A DNA stretch of 64,000 nucleotides from Anaerohalosphaeraceae bacterium (GTDB lineage: Bacteria > Planctomycetota > Phycisphaerae > Sedimentisphaerales > Anaerohalosphaeraceae): the NCBI GenBank assembly GCA_050309605.1, contig JBNRMN010000010.1, positions 1 to 64,000 on the forward strand. Reading direction: 5' to 3'. The notes beneath the pieces were generated by a model that saw nothing but the letters and a program-made list of their open reading frames with translations, was not told where the DNA came from and did not search any database. Shown here one piece after another: positions 1 to 9,662 of this stretch (its first letter is position 1; each line of letters starts with the position of its first letter). The position numbers and the translations under genes were made by a program.

Positions 1-132
1 GCATCGTCTGGAACGATCTGACGGAACACTTAAAGAAACTGTCCAGTGGAACGCAAATTGTCAAAGAGCTTGGGCGACTACTGATCGCCGCATAAATCTA
101 TGTTTAAAAAATCAGTCAACTTGAGTACTTAG
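1..132 (+). mobile_element. probable right end of an IS element (3' end of a transposase-like ORF, stop at 93-95, plus terminal sequence)
   Basis: Frame 3 is open from the window edge (IVWNDLTEHLKKLSSGTQIVKELGRLLIAA*), followed by ...AACTTGAGTACTTAG. The sequence then switches abruptly into the middle of a PASTA repeat. IS identity is inferred from this junction. Confidence 0.35.
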
Positions 133-905
133 ATGCTTATGCAGCAATTGATGCGGCCGGCCTGGTGCTGGGACAAGTTACAACAGAGAATCACCCTACT
201 ATTCCCTATGGGTATGTCATCAGCCAGAATCCTGCTGCCGGAACCAAAGTGCCGCCAGGGTCAGCCGTTAATGGGGTGGTGTCAATCGGGCCGGTGTTGG
301 TGTCCGTACCCGATGTAACCGGCATGACGCAGGCAAACGCACAAGCCGCGATAGTTGCGGCTGGACTGGTCGTGGGAACCGTTACAGAAGCCTATAGCAA
401 TACAGTGCCCCCAGGAAACGTGATCAGCCAGGACCCTCTTGGCGGAACTCAGGTTTCGAAAGGGTCAACAGTAAATTTGACCATTTCAAAAGGTGTAACA
501 GCAGGTCCCGTCCCCAATTTAATCGGGATGACTCAAGAATATGCGCAATTTCAAATAGTGATGAAAGGATTTGTAGTAGGAACGATTTCGCAGGAATACA
601 GCGAGACGGTGGAGTCGGGTCATGTGATCAGTCAAAACCCTGCTCCTGGAACCTTATATTTGCATGGTTCGCCTATAAACTTGGTGGTTTCAAAGGGGCC
701 CTCAGCCACTGTTCCCAACGTAGTCGGTATGCATATCTCAGATGCCTTTGCATCAATTAATGCGGCAAGTTTAGTAGTCGGTACAATAACACAACAAAGA
801 CATCCCTTTATTCCATATGGTCATGTTATCAGCCAAAATCCTGTTGGCGGAACCATCGTACCACGAGGGTCAGCCGTTAATGGTGTCATATCGATGGGGC
901 CCTGA
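132..905 (+). pseudogene. 5'-truncated PASTA-repeat protein (about 4 PASTA domains)
   Basis: Repeats of VP(D/N)V.G....A...I..AGLVVG.......VP.G.VISQ.P..GT.V..GS.VN..IS.G. PASTA homology continues upstream of the called start to 132 (DAYAAIDAAGLVLG). There is an in-frame TAA at 105-107 and no signal peptide or RBS. Confidence 0.75.
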
Positions 906-1038
906 TATTCACGATACGATCATTGGTCTTTGGTTTTAATCGAATCAATTTAGACACCTGAAGCAGACAAATAGCTGAAAGCTAAGAGAAAAAAAGTAGA
1001 AGATTGGTATAAGGAACTCAATTTATAGGAGAAAAGCA

Positions 1039-4000
1039 ATGTTACCGGCAAATAAAAATTCGATGTTCGCGGGAATTGCCGCGATGGGTATGATGCTGTT
1101 GACGGGGTTGCTTCAGGCCGCAACGGGAGTCGGAACTTCAAGCAGTTTTGCACTTGCAAATTTCACCGGAGATAAATTTCAAATTGAATCGGTTGTATCG
1201 GAATATGCCGGCGTATTTGTTCAGGGAGTGAGCCTGCAAAATGAGATGACGGCTTGGGTTAACTGGCAAGATAAAACGCAGGGACAGGTCTTTTTTAATT
1301 TGAACGGCAAACAAAAAATCGTCAATACGACTGAATTCTGGGCAAAGACAATCTTTGATATGGGTCAGGATTTGAATTATTTACCCGGAGCCAGGAATGA
1401 GTTAAGTGTCTATGCCGTTGCCGCGGATAATACCCAGACGCCCGTCTATACCCTGAATTTCGGAGGAACACAATTGCCGGATTGGACAAGGCATCAAGGA
1501 CGTATAGCAGCTGTTATTGAAACAGACAAAGAAACGGCAAAGAAAGTCAACTATCAAGGGAATTCCAAATATAAGGATTTTTCTATAAATGCCGTGGCAG
1601 ATATCCCGGATTTGATCCCTAAAATTGGAGGTAAATGGGGCCTTGAATTGGACCCATTATTATTTAACTGGGATTTACTTTCAGATTTCTCCGAGCCTGG
1701 TTATAAAGCGGATTTCAGTCTTACAGGCGGCTGGGGTGGAAGACTTTGGGGCGGAGACCACGGAGAGGCTGAGATTGAATCCAAAATCAATGGCAGCGGG
1801 CGATGTATTCCTGAATTTAAACTTCATGACCTGGATGTGTATCTTTATGCGTCGAGGCAATTTAAAACTCCTGATGCACGTCTTCCTTTCTGTCCTGTAG
1901 ATCCATGTCCTTATTTTAATGCAACCATCAGGACGGGGATCGGAGGTCATATATTCCTCGAAGAAGGAACACCGGATTTGGTGGCGGGGTTGAAATTTAA
2001 AAGGGGAACTTTAACATTTGATAGTTCGATCGCAGGAACAGTAGGAACCAAGCTCTCAATCCTCTGGGATGCGTCGGGGACGATAGGCGGAAACCCCTCT
2101 ATCACATTTCAATTTCCAAAAGCCCCCGAGGGCGACACCAATTACTGTTTGAGCCGATATATTCAGAATATCTATTTTAAGATATTTGTCGAAGCACGAG
2201 TCAGAGCATTACTATGGACAAAAAAATGGGAAGAGACATTTGATGTTTCCCCATGTCCTGAAACATCAGCGATGCAGCTGATACCAATGCAAAGCATGTC
2301 AACTTCCGTTATTGAACTGATGAGCCGGGATTACCTCGATGCCGAACAAGGCTATTGTGTGTTTCCGGTTGATGACCCTGATCTGATGCGGCCCATGGCG
2401 ATAGACGGTTTGCCCGGACCGATATTGAATGTCGGACCTTCGCCGAGGCCTTCGATTGCGGCCACGAATGACATGGGGGTGCTGGTATTTGTCTATGATG
2501 ACGCCTCCAAGCCGATTGGCAAGCATCAGGAAATCTACTTTGCGCGATGGAACGGCAATCATTGGACCACGCACGCACCGATTACGGATAACCTGAAAGT
2601 GGATACCCATCCGGCTGCGGCGATTGACGAAGCCGGAACCGAGATTGCGGTCTGGATGCAGGCGCCGGAGATTACCGGAGCCGAAGAAGGTCCCGAGGAT
2701 ATTATCGGAGATTTCGAGGTTGTCTGGTCAAAATACAACAAGGCAACGGGAAGCTGGCAGACTCCGCTTGCGCTGACCAACAATCAATATGCGGACATCT
2801 TGCCGTGGTTTGACAGGTCTGTCCCCGGTCAGTTGCGAGTTTGCTGGATGTCCAGCCCGACCAATGCAATTTCCGTGTGGGACGACGATTCTGTTGCGCC
2901 GCTGGTCAACCTGATGGCCGCGGACTGGAACGGGACCGGCTTCGGACCGGCGTATGAAATCGCTGAAAATCTGCCGACCGCCTTGCCTCCCGCCGTTGCG
3001 CGCACGGCGACGCATGAAATACTGACCTGGCTGAATGATCACGATGGCAATGCGGCGACATTGGAAGATATCGAGGTGGTCGTTCGCACTCGTCTTCGGG
3101 GCGGCCAATGGAGCGAGGAGTACTATCTGACCAATGAAGCGGCCATAGCCAAGGTATCCGCAAATGTGGCAATTGATCGAGCGGGCATGCCGATTGTGGT
3201 GTGGACAAAAAGTCAGGTTCCGCAGATGCTCTCAAACGGCGAACAGTCCACAACCGACCAGGTGTGGTTTTCGGCTTTCATTGATGGTATCTGGACGGAA
3301 CCTGAGTTGGCATTCGAATATCCGGGAATATCAGAACCGACTCTTTATCGAAACCAAGCCGGTAAGATTGTCATGTATTGGACTGCCCTTTCCGAAGAAT
3401 TTGTAGATATCTATTACAGTGTGCTGGATGCCGACTATATGCTTTGGTCGGCGGCTCAGCAGATCACCTTCGATCAGGATGTCGAAACCATGATATCGGT
3501 AACAGAAAGCGGCGGCAATATTCTGGCGGCTTATGTTAAAGAGCGGATTGATATGTCAGACCCTAACCTTCCACCGCAGATTGGTCTATCGGACATTTAT
3601 CTGCTTGAGCATATCCCAACGCGAGATTTGCATATTGCGGACGTGGATATCTCAGTGTCGGCGGATCCGCTTGTTGAAGTTGTGAACTTTGCACGGGAAT
3701 GGCTGAATCAGGATTGTCATGAGCCGAACTGGTGCAATGGTCAGGATTTCAACAATGATGGCGTCGTCAATTTTCAGGATTTCTCTGTTCTGTCCGGCAC
3801 TTACCATGCATATAACATTCGTCCCGGCCGAACCGTTAATCTGACCGCAAATATTCATCTGTCAGGTGATTATATTGCTGAAGATATCAGGGTGGACTTT
3901 TATAATGGCGAGCCGATGGGCGAATTGATTGGAAGTCAGCAAATCCCGATCATGATTCCCGGCCGGCCGATACCCGTGAACTTAGCGTGGCAAATTCCAT

Positions 4001-4863
4001 ATATATTGGATACAGGGTTTGTGTCAGTGGTGATTGATCCGGAAGGAATGATCCCCGATGATAACACGGAAAACAACTGTGCATACAAGAACGTTCTCAA
4101 TGCGGATATGAAAGTGGGACAACCTTCTATCGTTGCGTATCCAACTGTGGATCTTGCTCTGGTAGCGTTTTCAGTTCACAACAAGGGCGGCCAAACATTG
4201 ATGTCTATTCTGTGTCGTGTGTATATGAATGACCTGGAAGGCTTGCAGATATATGAGGATACAATAGATTCACTGGCTTGGGGCACATCAACCGAAATAC
4301 AATTTGTCTGGGATGTCTCGGATCTTGAGCCGGGAACGTATGAACTGTTTGTCCTTATTGATGCGCTGGGGCAAAACGTTGAATTTGATCAAAGTCGGCA
4401 TGCAGCACAGGCGACGGTATCGATTCTCCCTGATTTACAAATTCAGCCGTGGAGCATTCAGCCTGCCGAGAATGGTGTGGAGATGGTGGTACGCAACGTC
4501 GGACCAAAATCCAGTCAGGCAACGGTTGTTAAGGCGATTCGAGACTATGTGCTGATTGGAGAGGCTCAGGTACCTGCTTTGAATGCCATGGCATCTGCAA
4601 CAATTATGATTCCGTATTCAGAGACTGTCACGGATGCTGTAGTAAAAGTGATTGTCAATCCGGATTCAGATGGGACTGACGAAGTTTCTCTGCACAATAA
4701 CTCAAAGAATGTGTATTATTCTGTGCCTAACGAAGCTGCTGCGTTACCGCAACAAGGTCATATCGCAGAGCTGTTCTCCCTTGCAAAAAGTTGGCTTGAA
4801 CTGCCATTGGGAGAGCAGGAGGAATTCGTTTATACTCAACAGAATCTTCTGAGCATGAAGTAA
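1039..4863 (+). CDS. large secreted protein with beta-propeller-like middle region, CARDB-like C-terminal domains and a dockerin-like insert
   Basis: AGGAG RBS and a signal-peptide-like N-terminus. CARDB-like motifs (VVIDPEGMIPDDNTENN, VRNVG, VIVNP...DEVSLHNN) and DFNNDGVVNFQDF. Confidence 0.75.
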   Translation: MLPANKNSMFAGIAAMGMMLLTGLLQAATGVGTSSSFALANFTGDKFQIESVVSEYAGVFVQGVSLQNEMTAWVNWQDKTQGQVFFNLNGKQKIVNTTEFWAKTIFDMGQDLNYLPGARNELSVYAVAADNTQTPVYTLNFGGTQLPDWTRHQGRIAAVIETDKETAKKVNYQGNSKYKDFSINAVADIPDLIPKIGGKWGLELDPLLFNWDLLSDFSEPGYKADFSLTGGWGGRLWGGDHGEAEIESKINGSGRCIPEFKLHDLDVYLYASRQFKTPDARLPFCPVDPCPYFNATIRTGIGGHIFLEEGTPDLVAGLKFKRGTLTFDSSIAGTVGTKLSILWDASGTIGGNPSITFQFPKAPEGDTNYCLSRYIQNIYFKIFVEARVRALLWTKKWEETFDVSPCPETSAMQLIPMQSMSTSVIELMSRDYLDAEQGYCVFPVDDPDLMRPMAIDGLPGPILNVGPSPRPSIAATNDMGVLVFVYDDASKPIGKHQEIYFARWNGNHWTTHAPITDNLKVDTHPAAAIDEAGTEIAVWMQAPEITGAEEGPEDIIGDFEVVWSKYNKATGSWQTPLALTNNQYADILPWFDRSVPGQLRVCWMSSPTNAISVWDDDSVAPLVNLMAADWNGTGFGPAYEIAENLPTALPPAVARTATHEILTWLNDHDGNAATLEDIEVVVRTRLRGGQWSEEYYLTNEAAIAKVSANVAIDRAGMPIVVWTKSQVPQMLSNGEQSTTDQVWFSAFIDGIWTEPELAFEYPGISEPTLYRNQAGKIVMYWTALSEEFVDIYYSVLDADYMLWSAAQQITFDQDVETMISVTESGGNILAAYVKERIDMSDPNLPPQIGLSDIYLLEHIPTRDLHIADVDISVSADPLVEVVNFAREWLNQDCHEPNWCNGQDFNNDGVVNFQDFSVLSGTYHAYNIRPGRTVNLTANIHLSGDYIAEDIRVDFYNGEPMGELIGSQQIPIMIPGRPIPVNLAWQIPYILDTGFVSVVIDPEGMIPDDNTENNCAYKNVLNADMKVGQPSIVAYPTVDLALVAFSVHNKGGQTLMSILCRVYMNDLEGLQIYEDTIDSLAWGTSTEIQFVWDVSDLEPGTYELFVLIDALGQNVEFDQSRHAAQATVSILPDLQIQPWSIQPAENGVEMVVRNVGPKSSQATVVKAIRDYVLIGEAQVPALNAMASATIMIPYSETVTDAVVKVIVNPDSDGTDEVSLHNNSKNVYYSVPNEAAALPQQGHIAELFSLAKSWLELPLGEQEEFVYTQQNLLSMK

Positions 4864-4969
4864 TTTGAATATTAGGCACAGAGTGGCTGCATCGCCATTC
4901 ACAGTGGCAAGTAAAAGCGACAACAGCCGGGGTCGTCGAGTCGGCGGCCCCGGCAGGAGTTAATACGAA

Positions 4970-6886
4970 ATGGTTCTGGTAAAACAGAACCCCATAGAAC
5001 AGGAGAAAATGACTATGGAAACGGTACGAAAAACAATGTGTTTAAGAAAATGGTTTTTCAAGTCCATCTTATTGGGTAGTCTTGCCGTGGGGCTTTCAGC
5101 GGCAATCGCGGCGGCTGCCAAGCCCCCGGCTCCGGAACCGACGCTTCAGTATCAGTTGATTGACTTGGGAGCCGAGGAGTTTGCGACAAGCACCCATTCT
5201 CACATCATCGGAATAAACGCCGATGGCGTAATGCTTGTCGGTTATTCAAGAAGGGTATATCTTTCAGGAGCGGGATTTTCCGGCAACTATCCTACCGACC
5301 CTTACAAGATTGTGTCTGAGCAAGTAGATGGGCAGCGCATCTGGATGCGCCAAGATCTCGAGATTCCTGAAGGTCCTGTGGCGGTCGAGGCGATGTGTAT
5401 CAACGACAGCGGCTGGGTCGTCGGTATAGCTCTGTTTCAGGATGACCCGATGGCTGAACTTTATGGACGTCTCATTGTCTGGGACGCGGAAGGCCAGCCG
5501 ACTTTCCTGGAAGACATCGCTTTGATTGACTGGTGGGAAGTTGGCGACATGAACAATAATTTTCAGATAGTGGCGTCAGGTCTGACAGCTGACAGGTACG
5601 TCAGTGCCCTGGTCACAGTAACGTGCCAGGATGACGGCATTATCGTTTCATGGGTTGACTTGGGATGTAACGCTCAGGGTATGAACGAAAGTGGAGAAGT
5701 TGTCGGTACACTTTTCGGAGGTCTTCAGGCCGTTCTGCTGCGCAATGCTGGGACCGAGGGTGCACAATTGATTACCCTGCCAGTCGCCGGCAGTGAACGA
5801 AGTGCTGCCCGCGATATTAACGAATCCGGTGTAATCGTCGGTACGGCACACTTTGTGACTAACGGTCAAAAAAGCTACACCCGTGCTTTTATGTGGCAGA
5901 TTAATGATGCAGGAACAGTGACCGCGACCGATCTCGGTGCTTTTCCCGGTATTGATGGTGTCGATTGGTACGGTTATACGCCGTACGGAATCAATGATAC
6001 GGGGCGAATTGTCGGCACCTGCAGCTATTATGCCAAAGGCAACACAAGGGCTTATAAAGGCTTTGTTCGCGAAAACGAATATCTGTGGGATTTGGAAACC
6101 CTGATGGTGAATCGTCCGGCCGGTATTAATGGTCTTTGTGCCTTTGGGATCAACAATAACGGCTGGATCATCGGGGAATACCGCACCGATGCAGCCGGCT
6201 GGCGGAATTGTGTATTCATTCCCGTCTCTTTAGAACAGGCCGGGATCACGGTGGTTCCTGTAAGCGGTCTAATAACCACAGAAGCCGGCGGCAAGGCAGT
6301 GTTTGAGGTCGTGCTGAATACCCAGCCGACAAGTGAGGTTGCGATTCCTATCACTTCAAGCAATGAAGCCGAGGGCGTCGTGTATCCGGACATCCTGATA
6401 TTTGACCCTGACACCTGGGATGTGCCCCAGACAGTTACCATTACCGGCGTGGACGATGATATGGTCGATGGGGATGTATCTTATACAGTCTGGGTCGGCC
6501 CGACCGCAAGTGATGACCCGGTTTACGAGGGACTTTCTGAGGTTGCGGTGTTCGTTGTCAATCGCGATGATGAGGTACCAAGTGGACCCACAATCGTTTC
6601 TGTCAGCAACATCAGTTACTCCACCATCGGCGGAAAACATCTGCGGGTTTCAGTTGAATTGAAAAATAATCTTGGAATGCTGGTATCCAATGCCTCGGTC
6701 TCTGCGACATTGTATAGGAATTCCAGTTCCATTGTATCGTGGACCGGCACGACGGGTTCCGATGGCAAGGTGACGTTCGCCTACAACAACGCACCTTCAG
6801 GCACATACACGACAAGTGTTACCCAGGTTCAGGCTGTCGGCCTGTCTTGGGACGGCCAGACGCCGGACAACACATTCACAAAATAG
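4970..6886 (+). CDS. secreted protein with HAF-like extracellular repeats, a Calx-beta-like domain and a C-terminal Ig-like domain
   Basis: Repeated (A/G).DIN..G.IVG / TDLG motifs, then SGLITTEAGG...VVLNTQPT...LIFDPDTWDVPQTVTITGVDD. The start may instead be 5015 (AGGAG at 5001). Confidence 0.7.
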   Translation: MVLVKQNPIEQEKMTMETVRKTMCLRKWFFKSILLGSLAVGLSAAIAAAAKPPAPEPTLQYQLIDLGAEEFATSTHSHIIGINADGVMLVGYSRRVYLSGAGFSGNYPTDPYKIVSEQVDGQRIWMRQDLEIPEGPVAVEAMCINDSGWVVGIALFQDDPMAELYGRLIVWDAEGQPTFLEDIALIDWWEVGDMNNNFQIVASGLTADRYVSALVTVTCQDDGIIVSWVDLGCNAQGMNESGEVVGTLFGGLQAVLLRNAGTEGAQLITLPVAGSERSAARDINESGVIVGTAHFVTNGQKSYTRAFMWQINDAGTVTATDLGAFPGIDGVDWYGYTPYGINDTGRIVGTCSYYAKGNTRAYKGFVRENEYLWDLETLMVNRPAGINGLCAFGINNNGWIIGEYRTDAAGWRNCVFIPVSLEQAGITVVPVSGLITTEAGGKAVFEVVLNTQPTSEVAIPITSSNEAEGVVYPDILIFDPDTWDVPQTVTITGVDDDMVDGDVSYTVWVGPTASDDPVYEGLSEVAVFVVNRDDEVPSGPTIVSVSNISYSTIGGKHLRVSVELKNNLGMLVSNASVSATLYRNSSSIVSWTGTTGSDGKVTFAYNNAPSGTYTTSVTQVQAVGLSWDGQTPDNTFTK

Positions 6887-6902
6887 TCATTTATGCTTCA
6901 AG

Positions 6903-6942
6903 GCCGATGGGTCGCCTCTCGCAGGCGGCTCATCGGTTATTT
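6903..6942 (+). terminator. rho-independent terminator
   Basis: GCCGATGGGTCGCCT-ctcgc-AGGCGGCTCATCGGT hairpin followed by TATTTT just after the 6886 stop. Confidence 0.65.
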
Positions 6943-7227
6943 TCGGGGGAAGCCAAAAGTCGAACGGTAGCTTGATATCTTGTATTCCAGACCTTCCTAC
7001 CGTTCCCTCCCAGCGGCAATCCAGCGTCCACAACATTCCACCTTTGACTCTACTGCCAGTAGGTTATGAGTCTACTTTAGAGTACATTGCACATGTAGCG
7101 GGAAAAAGGTACGCTCAAAACTGGAAAATAAGGTCGGGAAAAAGAGAGGTGTAAAGCAGTTGACAGGTGGGGGACAGGAGGAAATTCAGACAGTTTATTG
7201 TATCTGGCTATTGTCCGGAAACTTTAA

Positions 7228-7740
7228 TTGTCGCCGATCAGAAAAGTACGATATCGATTGGTCATCGCCAAAGTGGTTATTTGGCACAAGGTCTCTGCCG
7301 CTCCTGTCCTGTTGGTCATCAGCCGCGATCCGGCGGGCAAGGAAAAGGACGACTTTTTCGTTACGACCGATCTGAGGTTGACGCCCGCTCAGGTTATCGG
7401 CGGATTTGCCGGACGCTGGTGTATCGAAGATACGTTCAAGAATGTCAAGCAGTCGCTGGGCAGCGAGGAACCGCAGACATGGAAGGGCAAGGGGCCGGAA
7501 CGCGCCGCGGTGATCGGCTTGTTTCTGTATTCGGTGACGTGGGCTTGGTATCTGAGGCATGGCTATCGAAAAATCAAGTTTCCGATTCCGCCGTGGTACA
7601 CGATCAAGACGCACCCCAGTTTTCAGGATGCGCTGGCCGCTCTGCGACGGGCGTTGTGGCGAAAACGAATTATAACGATGTTCGGCAATCATACCGTACC
7701 TGCACGAATTACAGAATTCCTTATCAATGCCGTAGCATGA
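7228..7740 (+). mobile_element. truncated DDE transposase (IS701/IS4-like), C-terminal fragment
   Basis: FFVTTDL.LTPAQVI..FAGRWCIEDTFKNVKQSLG (R-W.IE..F...KQ.LG motif) and PWY..K..PSFQDAL..LRR.LW. The N-terminal catalytic part is missing. Confidence 0.8.
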
Positions 7741-7937
7741 GAATACAGATATTTTGCTTCTTTTTGAGAAAATAATTCGTGAGGTATCATTGCATAAGTA
7801 CGGAAGCCCCACTCAAAACCTGTTACAAGGCGGCCAATATCGTCTTTTGGCAATATTGTTGCGGGGCAGATTGGCGAACGGTTGATTATTGTGTTCATTG
7901 GAGCAATCACAGTTTTCCAGCGAAAGGAAAAACCAAG

Positions 7938-9527
7938 ATGGGTATCCTGAACAGAATCAAGCCCATGTTATGTGCGGCCAGGTTTGGATGTGTCGTTCTG
8001 TTATGTTTATGTGGTGTGGTGCATGCGGCGGAAAGAAAGACGACCAGCAAGTGGGTTTATCCGGGGCCGGATGGCAAGCTGGTTTACAAAACGACCCCGG
8101 CCGGTGACCGGATTATGGATTTTTCTTATGCCGGCTATATGGGCGGCGGGATGGCGCTGCCTGACGTGCCGGTCAAAATGACAGTCCGGCCATCGGGCGA
8201 GGACGATACCGCCGCGATTCAGTCTGCTCTCGATACCGTTTCACAATTGCCGCTGAAGGATGGGTTCAGGGGTGCTGTTCTATTGGAGCCGGGTGAATTT
8301 ATCCTTTCTCGAACAATTACCGTTTCGACCAATGGGGTGGTATTGCGCGGAAGCGGGGCCGAGGGTCCGACTCGCTCCACCCTGAAAATGACCGGTCGGC
8401 CTTTCAATGCGATTGCCGTTCGCCTGTCCGGCGGTCAGTCGCGCGGGTCGTCGCCGCCTTCCGATCAAATTCAAACGACACTTGCCGATAACTATGTTCC
8501 ATCGGGTGCGATCCAATTCTCTGTCGTCGATGCAAGCCGTTTTTCTGTCGGCGATACCATTCACGTTCGAAAACCGGTTACCGCGGCGTGGGTCGAATTG
8601 ATGGAAATGCATAATTTGGTGCGGGACGGTCGCCCCCAGACGTGGTTGTCAACCGGCTCGACAATTAATACCGAACGGCTGATTGCGGCTATTTCGGGCA
8701 ATACAATTACGCTGGATGTGCCGTTGTCCGATTCGTATGATTCAGTTTACCTGAATCCGCCGGGGACAGAAGTAATCAGGGTGAATCCGCCGGAACGCAT
8801 CCGTCAGGCCGGCGTGGAAAGTCTTCATATTTTATCTCCGCTCCAACCGATCAGTCATTCTCAGCCTCATTTCACGGCGTTGAGAATGAACGGCCAGGAC
8901 TGCTGGGCGAAAGATCTTGTCATTGAAGAGACGATGAACAGCGTATCCGTCGGCGGCCGTCGAATCACACTTCAAAATATTGCGGTTAATCGCAAGGCGC
9001 GGCATCAGGGGGCTTCGCGTCCGGCGGAATTTGCTCCCAACGGCAGTCAAGTTCTGCTGGATCGCTGTTCGGTCAATGCCGACAATGTTTGGTTTGTCGC
9101 CACCGGAGGCCGACTGTCCGGCCCGATTGTGGTCCTCAATGGCGAATTTCGCGGCGATAGTCGTGCCGAATCTCACCAGCGATGGGCCACGGGGATGCTT
9201 TTTGACAATGTGCGAGCTCCGCAGGGCGCGATTGAATTTCGCAATCGAGGATCGATGGGATCGGGTCATGGCTGGTCGATGGGTTGGGGGGTATTATGGA
9301 ATTGCGTGGCCGATCACTATATAGTTCAGCAGCCGCCCGGTGCGGCCAACTGGGTCATCGGGTGTGTTGGTCGCAGTCGTCTTACCGCGAGACCTTTTGG
9401 TTCCGAGCCGCTATTGCCCGAAGGGATGCTGGATTCACACAACGAGCCGGTAACGCCGCAAAGTCTGTATCTGGCGCAGTTGGCCGAGCGTTTGGGGGCT
9501 GAAGCGCTCGGACATATCGGTTACTGA
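7938..9527 (+). CDS. secreted pectin-lyase-fold (beta-helix) protein
   Basis: ATG 7938 follows AAAGGA and precedes a signal peptide. Motifs DFSYAGYMGGG, DDTAAIQSALD, GAVLLEPG, GVVLRGSG (Pectate_lyase_3-like start) and GSGHGW. Confidence 0.7.
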   Translation: MGILNRIKPMLCAARFGCVVLLCLCGVVHAAERKTTSKWVYPGPDGKLVYKTTPAGDRIMDFSYAGYMGGGMALPDVPVKMTVRPSGEDDTAAIQSALDTVSQLPLKDGFRGAVLLEPGEFILSRTITVSTNGVVLRGSGAEGPTRSTLKMTGRPFNAIAVRLSGGQSRGSSPPSDQIQTTLADNYVPSGAIQFSVVDASRFSVGDTIHVRKPVTAAWVELMEMHNLVRDGRPQTWLSTGSTINTERLIAAISGNTITLDVPLSDSYDSVYLNPPGTEVIRVNPPERIRQAGVESLHILSPLQPISHSQPHFTALRMNGQDCWAKDLVIEETMNSVSVGGRRITLQNIAVNRKARHQGASRPAEFAPNGSQVLLDRCSVNADNVWFVATGGRLSGPIVVLNGEFRGDSRAESHQRWATGMLFDNVRAPQGAIEFRNRGSMGSGHGWSMGWGVLWNCVADHYIVQQPPGAANWVIGCVGRSRLTARPFGSEPLLPEGMLDSHNEPVTPQSLYLAQLAERLGAEALGHIGY

Positions 9528-9598
9528 AAAACGGTTACAAAGAGCGGCACAAAAAACGCGCTGCCGACAGGTGCGGCATTATTTTTACAGAAAAAATG

Positions 9599-9626
9599 TG
9601 TAAGATTTCGTTGCCTTATGCGAATA
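9599..9626 (+). promoter_or_regulatory. candidate ECF-sigma promoter TGTAAGA-N15-CGAATA
   Basis: The same bipartite motif with the same spacing occurs upstream of several other units (15526, 49516-, 57709-, 57994). Confidence 0.55.
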
Positions 9627-9662
9627 CAATAATAAGTCTGCATAAATGTGTATGTTGTTTGA

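Noticed and set aside
4926..4954. GC hairpin between the 4863 stop and the 4970 start
   Set aside because: No U-tract and no recognisable riboswitch or repeat family, so its function cannot be supported.
7779..7937. N-terminal extensions in the ORF track (also 19979, 26260, 36790, 49567, 55747, 57779, 58555)
   Set aside because: Downstream ATGs have an RBS, a signal peptide or ATGA coupling, so the starts were moved.
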